DNA of 64,000 nucleotides from Patescibacteria group bacterium (GCA_038064875.1 JBBTSC010000001.1:699004-763003), one strand, 5' to 3'. Counted from the stretch's first letter, positions 45,305-54,499 are shown. The notes: generated by a model from the sequence alone, not told the origin. Program-made: numbers and translations.

Positions 45305-47152
45305 ATGGTGAAAGAAGATAACACTACAACTATCGAGACAATGCGCCACAGTTTGGCTCATATTATGGCTAGCGCTATTGTTCAGCTCTGGCCAGATGCA
45401 AAATTGGGAGTTGGACCTGCAGTTGAAAATGGGTTTTATTACGACCTTGACCTTGGAAAAAGAACTCTCTCAGAAGATGATTTTGATCAGATTGAGAAGG
45501 TAATGAAGAAAATTGTAGATGAAAAACAACCTTTTACCAAGGTAGTTAAGTCTATAGATGAGGCAATTGACTGGGCAAAAAAATCAAAACAACCTTACAA
45601 AGAAGAGTTGCTTAACGACCTTAAGCGTGCGGGTACGACACTAGCGAAAGACCTAGACAAGAGTGAGCTTGGCACCATAACAGATAGCGAAACAAAAGTT
45701 AAAGAAGTGACTTTTTACCAAAATGGTGATTTTGTCGATCTCTGTAGGGGCCCGCATGTAGAAGATACTGGCAAAGTAGGGGCATTCAAGCTCATGCGTG
45801 TCGCAGGAGCTTACTGGAGAGGAAAAGAGACAAATCCACAGATGCAGAGACTGTATGGCGTGGCATTCAACACTAAAGAAGAACTCAATAAACACCTGGA
45901 GAATCTTGAGGAAGCTAAGAAAAGAGACCACCGTAAACTTGGCAAAGAGCTCGATTTATTTGTCATATCTGATCTCGTCGGTCCAGGGTTGCCATTATTT
46001 ACTCCGAGGGGAACTGTTCTGAGAGATGAGCTCGGCCGATTCTCCCAAGAATTACAGGCAAGATATGGTTACCAGAGGGTTACCATACCGCATATAACTC
46101 GATCAGAACTGTACAAAGTGTCTGGACACTATGATAAATACCCGGAAAAGTTCACTGTCACCAGTGAAGAGTCGGCAGATGAGTTTTTGCTGAAGCCAAT
46201 GAGTTGTCCGCATCACGCCCAGATATATAATTCTCGACCGCGGAGCTACAAAGAGCTTCCAATAAGATACATGGAAAATACTGAAGTCTATAGAGACGAA
46301 AAATCTGGTGAGCTACACGGATTGTCTCGTGTTAGGATGATTACTCAAGATGATAGCCATTGTTTTTGTACTCCAGAGCAGATCTCGCAGGAGCTATCAA
46401 ATATAATTGAAATGGTCCGAGAGATGTACACGGTACTTGGGATGGAATATCGCGCAATTTTATCGTTCAGAGATGATCAGGACAAGTACTTGGGTGATAA
46501 AAAAACATGGGACCAAGCCGAAAAATCCCTAGAAGATGCAACGAAAGTTCAGAATATCGAGTATGAGGTCATAGAAGGTGAAGCAGCTTTTTATGGTCCA
46601 AAGGTAGACTTCATGGTCAAGGACGCTCTGGGAAGGGAATGGCAATGTGCCACACTACAGTTGGACTTTCTTCAGCCTGAGCGACTAGATCTTCACTACA
46701 TCGACAACGAAGGCAATAAACAAAGACCGGTTATGATCCACAAGGCTCTTCTGGGGTCTATAGAGCGCTTTCTTAGTGTTTATATCGAGCATACTGCTGG
46801 AAAGTTCCCGATTTGGCTTGCACCAGAACAGATTCGAGTCATAACGGTAAATCAAGAGTATGAGACTTACGCTTGTGCTGATGCTATCTTAGATCAAGCA
46901 AAAAAACTTGGCCTAAGGGTAAGTTTAGACAATGACTCACAAAGTGTAGGTAAAAAGATTCGAAAAGCAGAGCAAGACAAAGTTCCCTATACTTTGGTGA
47001 TTGGCCCTAAAGAGATAAAAGACAAGGTAGTAACTCCGAGGATTCGGAGTGATATGGCTGTAATAGCCGCCCACCCGGAGCTGGGGATAGAAGAATTTCT
47101 CAAGACAGTTGCTCACGAAACAAAAGGGCGCGTTACTAAGAGCTCACTGTAG
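45305..47152 (+). CDS. thrS: Threonyl-tRNA synthetase (no N-terminal TGS domain)
   Basis: Starts in the N2 editing-domain region (RHSLAHIMASAIVQLWP). Class II core and a C-terminal anticodon-binding domain. Confidence 0.95.
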   Translation: MVKEDNTTTIETMRHSLAHIMASAIVQLWPDAKLGVGPAVENGFYYDLDLGKRTLSEDDFDQIEKVMKKIVDEKQPFTKVVKSIDEAIDWAKKSKQPYKEELLNDLKRAGTTLAKDLDKSELGTITDSETKVKEVTFYQNGDFVDLCRGPHVEDTGKVGAFKLMRVAGAYWRGKETNPQMQRLYGVAFNTKEELNKHLENLEEAKKRDHRKLGKELDLFVISDLVGPGLPLFTPRGTVLRDELGRFSQELQARYGYQRVTIPHITRSELYKVSGHYDKYPEKFTVTSEESADEFLLKPMSCPHHAQIYNSRPRSYKELPIRYMENTEVYRDEKSGELHGLSRVRMITQDDSHCFCTPEQISQELSNIIEMVREMYTVLGMEYRAILSFRDDQDKYLGDKKTWDQAEKSLEDATKVQNIEYEVIEGEAAFYGPKVDFMVKDALGREWQCATLQLDFLQPERLDLHYIDNEGNKQRPVMIHKALLGSIERFLSVYIEHTAGKFPIWLAPEQIRVITVNQEYETYACADAILDQAKKLGLRVSLDNDSQSVGKKIRKAEQDKVPYTLVIGPKEIKDKVVTPRIRSDMAVIAAHPELGIEEFLKTVAHETKGRVTKSSL

Positions 47153-47175
47153 AATCCAGTATCAAGGAGAAATAA

Positions 47176-47505
47176 ATGACAGAGGTAAATTTAGAGTTGA
47201 GAGAAAGAGTCTACCACTTAGTCTCTCAAATCCCAGAAGGTAGGGTTATGACCTATGGCCAAATTGCCGTTCTGTGTGGTCACCCCAGAGCTGCAAGAAT
47301 AGTGGGGCAGATAGCTCACTTTGGCCCAACCGATTTGCCGTGGCACAGAGTAGTCAATAAGCAGGGAGGGCTTGCGAATGAGTTTTCATTTGGCGGGCTT
47401 GAAGGCCACAAAAAATTGCTTCAACAGGATGGTGTAGAAATCACGGATAATCATGTTGGTAATATGGATAAGTATTTATGGGATCCAAAGAACAGCCAAC
47501 AATAG
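47176..47505 (+). CDS. Alkyltransferase-like (ATL) protein, MGMT DNA-binding domain without the active-site Cys
   Basis: IPEGRVMTYGQIA...PWHRVVN, with Trp replacing Cys of the PCHRV motif. Confidence 0.75.
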   Translation: MTEVNLELRERVYHLVSQIPEGRVMTYGQIAVLCGHPRAARIVGQIAHFGPTDLPWHRVVNKQGGLANEFSFGGLEGHKKLLQQDGVEITDNHVGNMDKYLWDPKNSQQ

Positions 47506-48359
47506 TTATACTTGGACCGACGGCTTCCGGCAAAACGGGGCTATCTTTTCAGATTGCCAAAGAGCTCGGTAATACTGAGATAATTTGCGCAGATTCCAGA
47601 ACGATTTATAGGGGGATGAACATTGGGACTGCAAAACCGACTTTCGAAGAGCAGAAAATTGCCCCACACCATTTCTTAGATATTTTAGGTCCCAATCAGA
47701 GATACAGTGCTGCTGAGTTTCAGAAAAGTGTTCAAAAGCTAATCAGAGACATTAAAAAAAGAGGCAATGTGCCAATGCTAGTTGGCGGAAGTGGGCTTTA
47801 TATATTTTCTATAATTTATGACTACTCTTTTCCAGCAGGTCCAACAAATAGTAGAAGAAAGGAACTCGAGGAAAAAAATATCGATGAGCTACGCTCAATG
47901 TTGCAGTATTTAGATGCTGATACTTATTCCAAGATTGATACAAGTAATCCCAGAAGGTTGGTTAGAGCAATTGAGACAGCAGGACTACACAAAGTCCCTA
48001 ACTCTCAGCTTGTTGATAATGTCTGTGTCTTAGGTCTCAAGCCAGAACTCTCAGTTTTAGAGGATAGAATACGCCTGAGAACTTCACTCATGATAAGAGA
48101 TGGCTTGGTTGACGAAGTGAGGACTTTGGTCAACCAGTACGGTCCAGATGCTGAACCACTGCAAACAGTTGGCTATAGAGAGATTATTGATTTTCTTGAT
48201 AAAAAAATTAGCTTAGAAGAAGCTGAGGAGTTGATCAATGTCCATTCCAGGCAGTTAGCCCGTCGACAAATTACGTGGTTCAAGAGGTCAAAAGACATAA
48301 AGTGGGTCAATAATTACCCAGACGCACTAAAAGAAATTAAGAAATTTACTCAAATTTGA
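47478..48359 (+). CDS. miaA: tRNA dimethylallyltransferase
   Basis: IVILGPTASGKTGLS P-loop and DSRTIYRGMNIGTAKP. Confidence 0.9.
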   Translation: MGSKEQPTIVILGPTASGKTGLSFQIAKELGNTEIICADSRTIYRGMNIGTAKPTFEEQKIAPHHFLDILGPNQRYSAAEFQKSVQKLIRDIKKRGNVPMLVGGSGLYIFSIIYDYSFPAGPTNSRRKELEEKNIDELRSMLQYLDADTYSKIDTSNPRRLVRAIETAGLHKVPNSQLVDNVCVLGLKPELSVLEDRIRLRTSLMIRDGLVDEVRTLVNQYGPDAEPLQTVGYREIIDFLDKKISLEEAEELINVHSRQLARRQITWFKRSKDIKWVNNYPDALKEIKKFTQI

Positions 48360-48371
48360 TATACTGTCGGT

Positions 48372-48953
48372 ATGGTTGAACAACTTTTTGGGTCAAAGAC
48401 ACGAGTTAAGCTTTTACAGCTATTTTATGCTAATCCAAATCGGTCGTTCTATGTTCGTGAGATAACACGAAAGATTGATGAACAGATTAATTCAGTTCGT
48501 CGAGAACTTTCAAATTTGCTGAGCATTGGCATAATTTCTTCAGAGACACAAAATAATAAGCTATTCTATGAAGTTAATAAAACATATGAATACTACAAAC
48601 CACTTTCTCAGATATTTAGCACAGATGACTCTATTGGTGGCGAAGAAGCTCAAGTAGAAGATGAATTAAAAATTTTAGGCAGAGTTGATTTGGCTATAAT
48701 GACAGGTCAGTTTACTCGCGACAAAAATATTGACGTTGACCTACTTGTGGTTGGAGATATTAACAAAACTCAACTAGATAAGTATGTACAGGTTTTGGAG
48801 AAAAAAGAAGGCAAAGAGATCAGATATGTAGTTCTTACTAGTAAAGAATTTGAATACAGAGGAAAAGTTAATGACAGATTCTTGAGTACCATTAAATCAG
48901 CTAAAAAACAGATATTAATAGATCGTAATAATTATTTTACAGAAAAGGAATAA
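48372..48953 (+). CDS. Winged-helix transcriptional regulator-like protein
   Basis: LFGSKTRVKLLQLFYANPNRSFYVREITRKIDEQINSVRRELSNL (ArsR-like wHTH) plus a C-terminal domain of unknown function. Confidence 0.5.
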   Translation: MVEQLFGSKTRVKLLQLFYANPNRSFYVREITRKIDEQINSVRRELSNLLSIGIISSETQNNKLFYEVNKTYEYYKPLSQIFSTDDSIGGEEAQVEDELKILGRVDLAIMTGQFTRDKNIDVDLLVVGDINKTQLDKYVQVLEKKEGKEIRYVVLTSKEFEYRGKVNDRFLSTIKSAKKQILIDRNNYFTEKE

Positions 48954-48956
48954 CGC

Positions 48957-49580
48957 GTGCAGATAGAATATTTTGGAGCTAATTGTGTTATATTGTCAAC
49001 AAAAAAAGTGCGTCTTGTATTTGACGACAACTTGAAAGAACTTGGGTTAAAGTCAGTTACAAAGACTGATGATATTGCAGTTTTTACATCTTTGGAGCAT
49101 TCTGATACAACGGCAAGTTTTGTTATTGACACCCCCGGGGAATACGAGATTCGAGACATATCAGTAAAAGGAATCGGGGCTCAACTACATGTAGATGAGT
49201 CAGGGAAAAAAGGGAGCATTTATCAAATTATGATAGATGGCATTAGAATCTGTGTCGTTGGCAATATCTCAGATAATCTCAGTGAAGGACAATTAGAAGA
49301 GTTAGGGACGGTAGATGTGCTTATTGTGCCGACCGGAGGTAGTGGTTTTACTCTTGATCCAGTTGGGGCAAAAAAGATTATAAAATCAATTAGTCCGAAG
49401 GTCTTTATTCCCGTGCACTACGCAGATAAGTCTATTAAGTATGAAGTCCCTCAAGTGGACTTAAATACAGTTATTAAAGAAATGACAATTGAAAGTACTG
49501 AAGAAATTGAATCTTACAAACTAAAATCACGTGATGCAATAGATGAAAATCACAAAACGGTCATTCTAAAAAGAAAATAA
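48957..49580 (+). CDS. MBL-fold hydrolase-like protein
   Basis: GTG start. Layout resembles UPF0173 metal-dependent hydrolases, but the His motif is incomplete (SLEHSD). Confidence 0.5.
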   Translation: MQIEYFGANCVILSTKKVRLVFDDNLKELGLKSVTKTDDIAVFTSLEHSDTTASFVIDTPGEYEIRDISVKGIGAQLHVDESGKKGSIYQIMIDGIRICVVGNISDNLSEGQLEELGTVDVLIVPTGGSGFTLDPVGAKKIIKSISPKVFIPVHYADKSIKYEVPQVDLNTVIKEMTIESTEEIESYKLKSRDAIDENHKTVILKRK

Positions 49581-49586
49581 GTTTTC

Positions 49587-49802
49587 TTAGGCTTTAGCTT
49601 TTGGAGCGGGGGCTTGAAGTAGCCCTTTTTTCTTGAGTGTTCGTATACCTGCAGCAGAGACTTTGATTTTTGTCTTTTTTCCATCAATTACTACAGTTTT
49701 TGTCTGAAGATTTGGCTTCCAAGTCTTATTAGTGCGCCTTAAAGAGAAGCTCACATTGTGACCAAATTGTTTTCCTTTGCCAGTAATCTCGCATTTTTGC
49801 AT
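49587..49802 (-). CDS. rpmB: 50S ribosomal protein L28
   Basis: MQKCEITGKGKQFGHNVSFSLRRTNKTWKPNLQ. Confidence 0.9.
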   Translation of the reverse strand: MQKCEITGKGKQFGHNVSFSLRRTNKTWKPNLQTKTVVIDGKKTKIKVSAAGIRTLKKKGLLQAPAPKAKA

Positions 49803-49877
49803 AGTCTCAGATTTTCCAAACTTAAATTAACGCTTTTGTATATTGTATATTTTTCTGCCAAAGAAGTCAACATAGGC

Positions 49878-49883
49878 TATAAT
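49878..49883 (+). promoter_or_regulatory. -10 box TATAAT 8 nt upstream of ATG 49892
   Basis: TATAAT-attcagat-ATG with no SD. Confidence 0.35.
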
Positions 49884-49891
49884 ATTCAGAT

Positions 49892-50518
49892 ATGGATATT
49901 ATATCGGGCATTAACATCACTAATATTGTAATACTAATTGTGGCATTACTACTCTCAATGAGTATTCATGAGGCGATGCATGGCTTTACGGCTTATTGGC
50001 TAGGGGATGATACTGCCCAAAAAGAGGGTAGACTTACTTTCAATCCATTTGTGCATATTGACCTTTACGTTACTATACTTTTACCTCTGTTATTGATTAT
50101 TGTTGGATTGCCACCAATTTTAGCTGCAAAACCCGTGCCCTTTAACCCTAGTAGACTGAAATACGAGGAGTTTGGCGCTGCACTTGTCGGTATCTCAGGG
50201 CCACTTACTAATTTATTGCTCGCTGTAGCATTTGCTCCACTACTCAATGTTTTAAGCGCAGGCTCTCTGTTTTATAACTTTACAGTGGTGATGATAAACT
50301 TGAATGTGCTTCTATTTGTCTTCAATATGCTACCTCTGCCACCTCTTGATGGATCGCGTTTGTTGTATGCTTTTTCGCCAGATCCAGTAAGGAAGTTCCT
50401 GCAGCAGATCGAATCACTGGGGATTGTTTTCATTATTGTTATCCTGATGCTCCTGATGCCAATTATTGGACCTTTCATATCAAACATATCATCTGAAATC
50501 ATCAGTTTCTTAGTCTAA
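49892..50518 (+). CDS. Site-2 protease family (M50) zinc metalloprotease
   Basis: HEAMHG zinc motif in TM1 and NMLPLPPLDGSRL (NxxPxxxLDG). Confidence 0.75.
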   Translation: MDIISGINITNIVILIVALLLSMSIHEAMHGFTAYWLGDDTAQKEGRLTFNPFVHIDLYVTILLPLLLIIVGLPPILAAKPVPFNPSRLKYEEFGAALVGISGPLTNLLLAVAFAPLLNVLSAGSLFYNFTVVMINLNVLLFVFNMLPLPPLDGSRLLYAFSPDPVRKFLQQIESLGIVFIIVILMLLMPIIGPFISNISSEIISFLV

Positions 50519-50588
50519 CATCCGCTCAAGGATGGTATTATTACTAACAGAGTATTTAACAAAATAATATCTACAGATAAGGAAATTT

Positions 50589-51284
50589 ATGCCTAGTTCA
50601 GAGATAAAGAGAAAATATGACTTTGCGACATATGATCAATGTGTTGAATTTGCTAATTTTGTGATGACATTAGCGAAGAAATTAAATCACCACCCCGAAG
50701 TTATTGTCAGCTACGGGTCTGTTGAGGTGTCTTCGTATTCTCACGACGTTGGGGCGGTGACTGATAGGGACGAGGAGCTAATTTCACAGATAGATAGCTT
50801 TTATAGTGCTAGTCATACATCGGATAGTAAGCACCCTCAAGAGGACGTCTCTGGCTTCAATTTAGATCTTATCAAAATATATACAGACGGTGGTTCTAGA
50901 GGTAATCCTGGACCTTCTGCATCAGGATTCGTTATCTATGACGCAGATGACAGGACTATTGTCAGATCCGCTAGTTACATTGGTGTAACAACTAATAATC
51001 AAGCCGAATATATATCTATAAGAAACGCCCTACAGTACGCTTGCAAGCTCTCACCAAAAGAAGTTCATGCTTTTATGGATAGCCAGCTAGTGATTAATCA
51101 ACTAAATGGAATCTACAAGGTCAAAAATCAAGATCTTTGGCCGATTTACAAAGCAGTTAAGGATTTATCAGCAAAGTTACCAAAAATTACTTTTTCTTAC
51201 GTACCAAGAGAAAATAACAAAGTCGCAGACGCTTTAGTAAATGAGAGTTTGGATAAATCATCCGATGTTCTCTATAATGAGTAA
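50589..51284 (+). CDS. Fusion protein: PCD/DCoH-like N-terminal domain plus RNase HI C-terminal domain
   Basis: The N-terminus YDFATYDQCVEFANFVMTLAKKLNHHPEV...VS is typical of pterin-4a-carbinolamine dehydratase. The C-terminus has IYTDGGSRGNPGPSA...NNQAEY...DSQLV...NKVADAL (RNase H DEDD residues). Confidence 0.75.
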   Translation: MPSSEIKRKYDFATYDQCVEFANFVMTLAKKLNHHPEVIVSYGSVEVSSYSHDVGAVTDRDEELISQIDSFYSASHTSDSKHPQEDVSGFNLDLIKIYTDGGSRGNPGPSASGFVIYDADDRTIVRSASYIGVTTNNQAEYISIRNALQYACKLSPKEVHAFMDSQLVINQLNGIYKVKNQDLWPIYKAVKDLSAKLPKITFSYVPRENNKVADALVNESLDKSSDVLYNE

Positions 51285-51286
51285 TA

Positions 51287-51624
51287 TCAGACTATCGGCT
51301 GATCGCTCATTTTTGAGAGGAAAGTCCGGGCAACATAGAGGAGGACAGTTGTTAACGGCAACCGGAGGAGACTCTAGGGAAAGTGCCACAGAGACAATAC
51401 CGTCCCGCTTGCGGGATAAGGGTGAAAAGAGTGAGGTAAGAGCTCACAGTCGTTTATGGTGACATAGACGAGAGGTAAACCCTGTCTGTTGCAAGGAGAG
51501 ATGTAGATCATAGGTTCCTCGCTTTCTATGTCTCAGTTAACCGCTAGAGGTGGTTGGCAACAATCATCCAAGATAGATGATCAGCCCTTTTTTAAGGACA
51601 AAACCCGGCTTATAGATAGTCTGA
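51287..51624 (+). ncRNA. rnpB: RNase P RNA, bacterial type A
   Basis: P1 TCAGACTATC/GATAGTCTGA, P2 GGCTGATC/GATCAGCC. Universal GAGGAAAGTCCGGGC and ACAAAACCCGGCTTA (P4) motifs. Confidence 0.9.
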
Positions 51625-51629
51625 TAATT

Positions 51630-51662
51630 AAAAAGAACTTACAATCTACGTAAGTTCTTTTT
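51630..51662. terminator. Bidirectional intrinsic terminator between rnpB and rplT
   Basis: AAAAAGAACTTAC-aatctac-GTAAGTTCTTTTT, a 13-bp perfect stem with A/T runs on both sides. Confidence 0.65.
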
Positions 51663-51685
51663 AAAATCAGCTAGTGCCGAAAGAT

Positions 51686-52030
51686 TTATTTTTTTACTGT
51701 CTCGACTATCTTTTTGAACACAGCTGGTTCATTAGTAGCAAGTTCGCTTAGTATCTTTCGGTCTAAAGTCACATTAGCAATCTTTAGTTTGTTAATAAGC
51801 TGGCTATATGAAATCCCGTTTTCTCTAGCAGCTGCGTTAATCCGGACATTCCATAGGGAACGGAATGTTCGTTTACGGTTCTTGCGATCACGTGTAGCAT
51901 AAACAAGTGCTTTTGTAATAGCCTGCTTACCGCGCCGGATGCTTGATCTGTTAGATCGGGTCATTCCCTTCGTAGCTTTACGGATTTTATTGTGTTTTTT
52001 GTGGGTGGTTGTTCCTCTTTTTACGCGCAT
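51686..52030 (-). CDS. rplT: 50S ribosomal protein L20
   Basis: MRVKRGTTTHKKHNKIRKATKGM... Confidence 0.95.
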   Translation of the reverse strand: MRVKRGTTTHKKHNKIRKATKGMTRSNRSSIRRGKQAITKALVYATRDRKNRKRTFRSLWNVRINAAARENGISYSQLINKLKIANVTLDRKILSELATNEPAVFKKIVETVKK

Positions 52031-52032
52031 TA

Positions 52033-52230
52033 TTAGCTTACTCCAAGCTTTCTCTTAAGATTTTTAATAGATTTTCCAACAACTTGTTCAGGTGATTTAA
52101 AAGTTCTTTTGGCTGATGCTGTCTTTTTCTGTAGGAAATGGTTACGTGCAGTATGACGACGCATGACCTTACCACCCTTGGTGATCTTTATCCTGTCTTT
52201 TGTCCCACTATGAGTTTTTTGCTTTGGCAT
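52033..52230 (-). CDS. rpmI: 50S ribosomal protein L35
   Basis: MPKQKTHSGTKDRIKITKGGKVMRR. Confidence 0.9.
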   Translation of the reverse strand: MPKQKTHSGTKDRIKITKGGKVMRRHTARNHFLQKKTASAKRTFKSPEQVVGKSIKNLKRKLGVS

Positions 52231-52735
52231 TATTGCTCCTAACCGTAAATATTAATTGTTTGCCTGAGAATTGTGGTTGCTGATCTACTATTATATCATC
52301 TCCAAGAATCTCTATTACTTTCTCTGCTAGCTTAAAGCCAATGTCTTTGTGCGCTAGCTCTCTTCCTCGATACATTATCGTTATTTTAGTCTTGTGACCA
52401 TGCTCAAGGAAGCCAATAACCTTTTTTAATTTTACTCCAAGATCATGATCGCTAATCTTGAGCCCTAGCCTAATTTGCTTTACATCAAGGGTCTTTGCGC
52501 TTTTCTTGTTCTTTTGGAGTTGTTTAGTTCGCTGGTAGTTGTACTTCCCCCAGTCGATTATCTTTGCGACAGGTGGATCAGCGTTTGGAGAGATCTCAAC
52601 AAGATCGAGATTATTAGAATAAGCTAACTGCAAGGCTTCTTCTTTGGATATTACTCCTATTTGTCGCCCTTCATGATCTATAACGCGCAGGTTTTTAGCC
52701 CTAATAGCATCATTGATGCGGGTTTGCTTAGCTAT
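52208..52735 (-). CDS. infC: Translation initiation factor IF-3 with probable non-canonical ATA start
   Basis: The conserved N-domain (RINDAIRAKNLRVIDHEGRQIGVISKEEALQLA) lies upstream of the tracked TTG at 52633, and no ATG/GTG/TTG is available there. ATA at 52735 sits 8 nt downstream of GGAG. Confidence 0.8.
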   Translation of the reverse strand: MAKQTRINDAIRAKNLRVIDHEGRQIGVISKEEALQLAYSNNLDLVEISPNADPPVAKIIDWGKYNYQRTKQLQKNKKSAKTLDVKQIRLGLKISDHDLGVKLKKVIGFLEHGHKTKITIMYRGRELAHKDIGFKLAEKVIEILGDDIIVDQQPQFSGKQLIFTVRSNNAKAKNS

Positions 52736-52822
52736 TTTAGTGTCTCCTTGTTCTTCTCGCCACTTACTACTCCAACGATTTTACCAAATTTTAGAAGATA
52801 TTTCAATCTGTTTTTAAGAAGT

Positions 52823-54334
52823 TTACAAAATTGCGTCTTTTTTTCTATACTGCAATGCCTCTGTAAGGTGAGAAAGCTCGATGTTTTCTGAGCTATCGAT
52901 ATCAGCTATTGTTCTGGCTACTTTGAGTATCTTCATATAGCTTCTTGCAGATAGAATGAGTTTTTGAGCAGCTGAGTTAAAGAAATCTTGTGTCTGGTCG
53001 TCTAATTTACAGTATTTTTTAACGTCCTTGTTAGAAAGTTCATTATTCAATTTTCCAGATCTTTTGAGTTGAATTTCTCTTGCATCGCTAATGATTTTAC
53101 GCCAGTCTCTTTTACTAACTGCGCTATCTTCTAGTAAGCGAGAGTGTTTAACCTCTGTAACTCCTACATAGAGGTCAATCCGATCTAGTATTGGACCTGA
53201 TATTTTTTGCTGATATCTAATGATGTTGTGTGGAAGGCACGAACATTCTTTCTGACTCCCCCAGTATCCACAAGGGCAGGGATTCGCTGTTGCTATCAAA
53301 ATGAATTTGGCGGGGAATACGACAGAATCCTTTACTCTGGCTACTGTTATTTCCTTATCTTCAAGAGGTTGTCTTAAAGCTTCGATAACTCTTTTATCAA
53401 ATTCTGGTAATTCGTCCAAGAACAAAACCCCATGGTGACTAAGGCTTATTTCTCCTGGCTTGGGGTGCTGTCCTCCCCCTATGAGAGAGATATGGCTCGA
53501 GCTATGGTGGGGTGATCTGACAGGCCTTCTAGTAATAATTGTTTCATAATTTTTACTGACAAGACTATGTAAATGAGTTATCTCTAGAGCCTCATTTTTT
53601 GTTAGACCTGGAAGTATGTTTACGAAAGCTTTAGCAAGCATACTTTTACCGCTTCCGGGAGGACCGTTAAGAAGGAGGTTATGGTGTCCGGCGCCAGCAA
53701 TGACCATTGCTCGTTTTGCTTGATCCTGATCAATAATGTCGTCCAAAGTCACACTTTGTTCTTTAGGTAAATCACCTTCGGCTATATTTGAATTTGCCTC
53801 CGACTTAATAAAAGGAAGTGGAGTACTATCATTAAGTAGCTCATATAGTGTGCGTAGATTGCTAACTTCCCAGATAAATACCTCGGGTATTATCCTAGCT
53901 TGATTTGCATTGCCTCTGGGAATAATAAAGTTTTTGTACCCAAGTCTCTTAGCAGCGATAATTCTCCCAATAATCCCACGTATTGCTTTTACTTCTCCGT
54001 CTAGGCCGAGTTCACCCATAATGATAGTTTTTTCTGGTAGCCTTACTTTAATCATATCCGAAGCTTTTAGAATCGCCAGAGACATGGGAAGGTCGTAGCT
54101 AGATCCTTCTTTGGGTATGTCAGAAGGAGCCATATTTATAGTTATTTTTTTGCGAGGTAATTTGATCCTGCTTGCAACAAAAGCGTTCCTAATTCTTTCT
54201 TTTGCCTCATCAATAGATTTGCTACCTAGCCCCACAATAATGATATTTGGTAGTGAGTTGGACAGGGCACATTCAACGTCAATAATTAACGCTTCGCTAC
54301 CACTTTCTAGTACCGACTGAACTTTGTTTTTCAT
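52823..54334 (-). CDS. comM: Mg-chelatase-like ATPase YifB/ComM
   Basis: N-terminal Lon-protease-like domain, Walker A GPPGSGKS, Walker B VLFLDELPEF, and a C-terminal ChlI-type helical domain. Confidence 0.9.
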   Translation of the reverse strand: MKNKVQSVLESGSEALIIDVECALSNSLPNIIIVGLGSKSIDEAKERIRNAFVASRIKLPRKKITINMAPSDIPKEGSSYDLPMSLAILKASDMIKVRLPEKTIIMGELGLDGEVKAIRGIIGRIIAAKRLGYKNFIIPRGNANQARIIPEVFIWEVSNLRTLYELLNDSTPLPFIKSEANSNIAEGDLPKEQSVTLDDIIDQDQAKRAMVIAGAGHHNLLLNGPPGSGKSMLAKAFVNILPGLTKNEALEITHLHSLVSKNYETIITRRPVRSPHHSSSHISLIGGGQHPKPGEISLSHHGVLFLDELPEFDKRVIEALRQPLEDKEITVARVKDSVVFPAKFILIATANPCPCGYWGSQKECSCLPHNIIRYQQKISGPILDRIDLYVGVTEVKHSRLLEDSAVSKRDWRKIISDAREIQLKRSGKLNNELSNKDVKKYCKLDDQTQDFFNSAAQKLILSARSYMKILKVARTIADIDSSENIELSHLTEALQYRKKDAIL

Positions 54335-54382
54335 TCAGTACTTATTATACATTTAATAAATAAATAGTTCATAATCTTTGCC

Positions 54383-54464
54383 TAAAACAAAAACAACCGC
54401 CTGCGAGGAGCGGTTGTTAACAGATTCGTTTTTGTTTTTGAGCACTTTTTTTGTTCAAAGTGCT
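54383..54464 (-). ncRNA. Candidate ~80-nt sRNA or terminating leader upstream of comM
   Basis: Minus strand: a 5' hairpin AGCACTTT/AAAGTGCT (54441-54464), then AACAACCGC-tcctcgcag-GCGGTTGTT followed by TTTTGTTTT (54383-54418). Confidence 0.3.
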
Positions 54465-54470
54465 ACGTAC

Positions 54471-54499
54471 ATAATAATAGTCCTCATGCTTAGTGTCAA
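54471..54499 (-). promoter_or_regulatory. Sigma-70-like promoter driving the hairpin-terminator unit
   Basis: Minus strand: TTGACA (54499-54494), 17-nt spacer, TATTAT (54476-54471). Confidence 0.45.

Noticed and set aside
51241-51462. A 73-aa ORF downstream of the RNase H fusion gene.
   Set aside because: It is the RNase P RNA region read as protein. It contains the GAGGAAAGTCCGGGC core.
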